DNA of 63,191 nucleotides, the filler included, from Craspedostauros australis (taxonomy: Eukaryota): the NCBI GenBank assembly GCA_030167865.1. It is 12 parts of 12 records of this genome, joined end to end, with 100 filler letters (N's around TTAATTAATTAA, not from the genome) between each part and the next. Parts side by side here need not be neighbours in the genome. Positions count along the whole stretch, not along the records: positions 57,207 to 58,974 come from JALAGF010004317.1; positions 59,075 to 63,191 come from JALAGF010004318.1; 10 more parts are not named here. One strand, 5' to 3'. A program made the position numbers and the translations under genes. The stretch's first letter is position 1; every line of letters begins with the position of its first letter. The notes below the pieces were generated by a model that was given only the letters and a program-made list of their open reading frames with translations, had not been told where the DNA came from and made no database searches. Shown one piece after another: positions 57,207 through 63,191 of the stretch.

Positions 57207-58974
57207 CAATGCCCACCGCGACAGATCCTTCGCATGTCAGGCTTGTGAGGAAGGTTGTTGCGGGGGAGGCTGGGGAGTGGGTGGGGGTTGATTCTGCCCC
57301 ATTGCCGGAATCGTCATCTTTGCATTGCTTCAGCCCGGGAAAGAGAGAGCATGCACTTGTGAGCATGACGATGCCGACGATGATCGAAAGGACAATACAC
57401 GCGCACATGGCTGTCAGTCCGGACGAGCGCTTCTGATCATGATGCAATGGACCAGCTATACCAGCGCTTTCTCCATTGTCCTCTCCGTAGCTTTCATCTG
57501 CACCATGTACACCATTTGCACCTCGAGGACCGGGTTCGTAATGGATGACATTTCCATCATAGTCAACCACTGCGCGTTCCATCTCTTCGGCGGTGACAGG
57601 TTCGCCGAGGGCAGGATCCACCACGTTGGTGATTCTGTTGCCTCTTCGGCCATTCCTTCTCCTCCGATTGCGAGGAGCATACGACGCATGGGCGTCCATG
57701 ACGCTGTCACCTTGGCGCTGTCGGAACTGATCCCCTTCAACCATTGAGGATTCGTCGATGATTTCGCCTTGAGCAGTGTACAATCCCGCATGCATGGCAG
57801 GGTCGTACTGTTGTGGAGCCAGGGCTTCCTGAACCCCTGACCGCTGTCGGCCTTGTCCCGAAAGAGACGTAGGTACTTCCCCAGAAGGACGGGGCGATGG
57901 AATCGTTCCAGCAACCCCTCGCGTATCCATACTGCTGCCGTTGCCGTTGCCGTTGCTTTGATGGTTGTTGGATGTTGTGGCACTTGGCTGGTGCGAATGG
58001 TGACGGCCAGATTGGATACGCATCGATGCCGGTAAAAAGGCACGCGGGAGTGAAAGATCGTCACTCCCGTCGCCGTCGTGGAGCTGCGGACCAAGTGTGT
58101 CGTCATCGACGAAGTCATCGTACAGGTGAGCGGCGTACATGCGTTCGTCTTGGGGGCGGGGGCCAACATGCGCCGTCGCCGCATGCATGCCATGCGTATT
58201 GGATCCTGGAGCCTCGTCTTGCCCGCGCCGCATCCGATCATCTAATGGCGCGCTAGCGGGTGCGTCGAGAACGCCCGTGCCAACACCGTCCAACGAGTCT
58301 CGCGCCACGATAGGGTTGAGTCTGCCATGCCGTGAATTTTGGTGATAATTGTTGTTGGTGTTGCGGACCTGTTGCGAGATGGTGTTGTTCTGCCTTGTCT
58401 TTGGGTCTGCCTCGACATTGTCGACATTTTGAATTGCCGCCAGGTCCTTCTCGTGCTTTCTATCGAATTCTCTCTCCGCCGCTGCGCGAATGTTGCTCTT
58501 GTTCTGTCTCTCGCCTTCGTAGGCCAGTGTTGCCTGAGGATCATGGTCGCAGCGTGGATACGCCTGCTTGGAATCGTGCCGGCGTCCGGACTTCTGACCG
58601 CGGTCACGTCCGCTCGTGATCTTAGTACCGCCGTCGTTGTCACCTTTGTCGTGCCTGGAGTTTTGGTGGCTTGCATCTGCAGTGTGGGCAGTCGTGCTGG
58701 CGACCTCGCCGAGACGGACGCGCCTTCGGCTCTCGCTATGTTGCTCTGTCGCATCATCAGGATTGTCGTTGCCATGGCCATCGCTGCTATCATCATTGCG
58801 TGTTCGCAGATGGTCGTTTTGGCCGAGGCTTGAGACACCGGAAGTGGATACCGTCTGCTCATCTTTCTTGTTTTGGGTGGTGTCGCTGTCGCCGCTTGGC
58901 TGGCTCATCGCATCCACTTCGCTGTTGCTCGCGCCATCATGCTGGTGGCCACCCGAAGCGACGCTGCATGTACC
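57207..58974 (-). CDS. N-terminal disordered region plus TM helix of a large type II membrane protein (same gene as 59075-63191)
   Basis: Open through the whole contig. 57207-57869 is the reverse complement of 59075-59737. Confidence 0.85.
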
Positions 58975-59074
58975 NNNNNNNNNNNNNNNNNNNNNNNNNN
59001 NNNNNNNNNNNNNNNNNNTTAATTAATTAANNNNNNNNNNNNNNNNNNNNNNNNNNNNNNNNNNNNNNNNNNNN

Positions 59075-62000
59075 CGTCTCTTTCGGGACAAGGCCGACAG
59101 CGGTCAGGGGTTCAGGAAGCCCTGGCTCCACAACAGTACGACCCTGCCATGCATGCGGGATTGTACACTGCTCAAGGCGAAATCATCGACGAATCCTCAA
59201 TGGTTGAAGGGGATCAGTTCCGACAGCGCCAAGGTGACAGCGTCATGGACGCCCATGCGTCGTATGCTCCTCGCAATCGGAGGAGAAGGAATGGCCGAAG
59301 AGGCAACAGAATCACCAACGTGGTGGATCCTGCCCTCGGCGAACCTGTCACCGCCGAAGAGATGGAACGCGCAGTGGTTGACTATGATGGAAATGTCATC
59401 CATTACGAACCCGGTCCTCGAGGTGCAAATGGTGTACATGGTGCAGATGAAAGCTACGGAGAGGACAATGGAGAAAGCGCTGGTATAGCTGGTCCATTGC
59501 ATCATGATCAGAAGCGCTCGTCCGGACTGACAGCCATGTGCGCGTGTATTGTCCTTTCGATCATCGTCGGCATCGTCATGCTCACAAGTGCATGCTCTCT
59601 CTTTCCCGGGCTGAAGCAATGCAAAGATGACGATTCCGGCAATGGGGCAGAATCAACCCCCACCCACTCCCCAGCCTCCCCCGCAACAACCTTCCTCACA
59701 AGCCTGACATGCGAAGGATCTGTCGCGGTGGGCATTGACGGAGAGGTGGTCGATCTTGTGCGTGAGAAATCTCCAACGGTCACGTCATCTCAGACGTCTG
59801 GTGGAGCATCGCGCAACATGACGCAAACCACAATAGGTTGTGACGAGCAACAGTCATGGACCGGATATCATTCATGGATAGCAATTGATGGGCTTGAAGC
59901 CGATGCCAACGGCGGTGGCGAAGCCATCAACATCGAAATGGCGTTGGATTCTCCGCTCGCAACATGGATGGTCGCCTTCGATGGAGCAAGTTGCGACGAT
60001 CTCGGTTGTGCGATAGCATTGAGCAAGTGTGCAACAAGACAATGCGCGTTGGTGATTCCACCGGCGAAGAGAGAATCTGTGACTGTTGCGATTGGCGGAA
60101 TGGAGCCATTCGATTACACCATACGATCTCAACTCATCGCGTCAAACGATAGATGTGAGATCGCGAGGTCTCTCGATATCATCCTGGCCACCACATCAGA
60201 GTCCGAAGCATCGATGCCATCCATCAAGCCAGCTGTTGTTGTGACAGGGTCATACGAATATGCGACACCGGCAGACACATCGTTGGCATCTTGCGGTGTG
60301 AAGTCTGGAGTTGCCACGTGGTACTCAGTGAAGACGAACGTGTCGGGCATTGTGACTGCATCCACTTGCACCGACAACGGCAGTGGCAACGGCAGTGGCA
60401 ACGGCAGTGGCAGTGGCAGCAGTACGAGCAGTAGCAACGCCAACCCAAGTTCCATCCAAGGCAACGCCCCAGCTTACATCACTGTGTTCAATGGGGATTG
60501 CGGCAGTTTGCAATGTGCCACGGAGACGAGCAGCGTTTCGTGTGGATCTCGCAATCAGGTGACGTGGTATTCAGAACATGACGAAGAGTATTTCCTCGCC
60601 ATTTCCGCTCCTCCTGCTGGCCATCCCGATTGGAATCCTGCCGACGGATTATCCACATCCAGTACCAACGGCAACGGTAGCGCCGAAAATGGTAGCAAGC
60701 GCAACGGACTGAGATCGTCGGCATCAGCATCAGCACCTGCAGCAATTTCTACTTCTGCATCCACAATTGACCCTGAGAATGTCGACTATCAACTGTCGAT
60801 TCGCCAAACGGCTGACAATGACATCTGTCACAAAGCGCAGTCGATCGATGGGTTGTCATCATTCTCGTTCCGCAAACTGTATGCTTCCCATCACACCGCG
60901 ACCAGCGACAACGCACCATCTTGCGAGCTATCCAGCGTACAGGATGTGGTGGATAGGAAGGGAACGTGGTATGCAGTGAATGGAACAGGATCGTTGATGA
61001 AGGTCTCCACTTGTCTGAATGATAACTTTGGCGATGGTGGCAGGGACTCCGGCGATGATGAGATTTCATTCCAATCTGTCAAAGCGCAAGTCTTCAAGGG
61101 ATCGTGCGACAACCTGAGGTGCCTCGATGGTGCGGAGACCGTCTTCAACCGAGGATGCAAATCCCCCCACGAAACTCATGCGGAATTCGACAGCGACTCC
61201 AACTTCAACGAAGTTGCGTGGCAATCCAATCTCGACGAGACGTACTTCGTGCACATCTCATCCAAGAAAGTTCGCGGCAAAGAAGGGACGAATGGCATTG
61301 CGCCGGCCGATCCAAATGTAAGCACAGGCATCAATATCAATACCAGCACAACGACGGTCGTCGGTCCTTTGTCGAGCCCCGAATTCGCCTTCTCGATCCA
61401 ATCGGCAGTGCGCAATGACTTGTGCGAATCAGCCGCTGTTCTAGATCTGCGAGGAGGCAACGTGTCCATCCATGGATCAACGATGGAAGCAACCTTCCCA
61501 ACTGAATTCACATCAAGCTGTGACCTTGCATCCAAAGTGGTATCTCCGGGTGTGTGGTACACAGTGGTCGGAGATGACTCATACATCGATGTCGATACAT
61601 GCAAATCTAACGATATGACACCACACGAGTATGATGCCTCGCTCCGGCTTGATCTCCCAGCTCCGCCACCTTTACCGAATGAGACGACCTTCCGACTTTT
61701 CGACAATCAAATTACGATTCTCAGGGGGAATGACTGCCATTCGTTGGAATGCGTCACTGGAAATGATAGAGTGAACGATCGCTGCACATTCCAAAGCGAA
61801 ACGGCGTGGTTCGCACAACGGAACCGACGGTACTTCATTCTCGTCCACAGTACACTCGGCGGACAAGGCGAATTCGTATTGTCAACCACCAAATCAGACA
61901 AAGGTGCATACGATTATCGGTGCGATGCTCCGCAATCTATTGCAATTGGAGAAGTTGTCGTCAACTACAACTCTGCCTTACCGGGGACGTTCGGGCCCTT

Positions 62001-63191
62001 TTGTGGAGGCCTTGGTACAACAGCTCCTGCTACATGGCTCACATTCGTTGGCAATGGCAAACGGCTTGTTGCCTCCACCTGCAGCACCCGCACATCCTAC
62101 AGCTCAAGGGTTACTGTGCTCGAAGGTGATGACTGCGGCTCACTGAACTGCAGGCTGAACCAGCGCTATGGCTCTTGTCCCTTTCAAGATGTGACTGGCG
62201 AAATTCTCGAGCAAGCCTACGTCGAGTTTGACTCCAAAGTTGACGTGATGTATCGTGTAATCGTGCATGGTGCCTCAGGTCAATTTGGTTGGTTTAGTCT
62301 CAGTATCAATGAAGTCGTGCCGAATGACCAGTGCGATAAGGCGGTGGAGTTGGAATTGGGCGACGAACCAATCCAATTCTCAGCCACGGTAACGAGGTCG
62401 AGCTCGGTAGCAGGATGTTGGGATACGAGCAGCAATCCCCCCACTATGGACGCGGTTTGGTATCAGGTCACGAGCCCAGCAGAAAGATCTCAGCTGACGG
62501 TCCACGTTTGCTCTATCAAAGACTTCCGATTCATGGATGTGCGCGTGCTTGACGGGAACTGCACCAGTTATCTGTGTTCTGCAGTCTCCGGATTCGACCC
62601 ATTAACGCATGGCATTTGCGGTGATGACACGATGTTAACTCCCACGGTGAGTTGGATTGGTGAGGCAAATTACACGTACCGCATTGCAGTAGGGGCAAGA
62701 TCTCGGTCGTCCGACGACTTGCCAGATTCCTCATTGCTCAACATCTCTGTGTCAAGCGATCCCCTCGAGGGCAACACTGTGTGCGATGAGGCAGAATTCA
62801 TCGGAGTTGGCGAATCCTTCAATGGATCATTCAAGCTGGCCGCACTGGACGAGAACGCCATGGATTGCTACGTCCAGGACGATTATTCGTATCAAAGGAG
62901 AAACGTGGCTCTCGTGGGTTCATGGTATTACACCATTGGCACCGGTCGGCAGATGATCGCATCCTCATGTCTCGATCAAGTCCAACTAACGCCAACAATC
63001 GTGATTGTGATGGCAGGAGAATGTGGCAATCTCACTTGCATCGACTCCAGCACTCACTTCTGTGGGCTGAATGGGCAAGTGATGTGGGAGAGCGAGATCG
63101 ACGCAATCTATCATGTATGGATCGGGACAGAAGGATTCTCAAAGAGCAACTACTCGTTGCACGTGGCAGACAGCTCATCGGTGTCATCATC
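59075..63191 (+). CDS. Type II membrane protein with at least 6-7 extracellular Cys-containing beta-sandwich repeats (ND.C..A...GVWY...STC...G.C..L.C); partial at both ends
   Basis: Frame starting at 59077 is open to the window end (hence absent from the ORF track). TM at 59536-59604. Repeat starts NDRC 60145, NDIC 60817, NDLC 61414, DYRC 61912, NDQC 62323, NTVC 62773. Confidence 0.88.

Noticed and set aside
57207..59737. Large inverted repeat or hairpin
   Set aside because: The arms are on different contigs separated by a linker; this is an assembly overlap of one gene.

Overview
This is not a contiguous locus. It is 12 short contigs joined by artificial 100-nt N-TTAATTAATTAA-N linkers, plus one 120-N scaffold gap. 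The organism is a eukaryote with a secondary red plastid, almost certainly a diatom: GT-AG introns, ASAF-type signal plus transit peptides, and DUF6824 and STAND/TPR gene families. Mobile content: (1) an apparently intact Ambal-like LINE at 1-8323 (minus strand), whose >1650-aa APE-RT-RNaseH-CCHC ORF2 is missing from the ORF track because it runs off the window; (2) a decayed second copy of that LINE interrupted by a putative LTR; (3) three copies of a Sola3-like DDE transposase; (4) an orphan ORF beside 21-bp tandem repeats. Host genes: a CobW C-terminal fragment, a Cys-rich secreted protein, a CRAL-TRIO-like/2xDUF6824 protein, a RibD_C reductase, a GT10 fucosyltransferase, TEL2, three STAND AAA-ATPase/TPR genes, a thylakoid-lumen TPM protein, a membrane protein with a plastid-type C-terminal domain, and a large type II membrane repeat protein split over two overlapping contigs. 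One 5.1-kb contig is present twice (haplotigs). The most striking observation is that the LINE's four ORFs are chained by three consecutive AUGA stop/start overlaps with the same A(C/G)A-AUGA-G context. This suggests a four-cistron termination-reinitiation relay. All family assignments come from motif recognition, not database searches.
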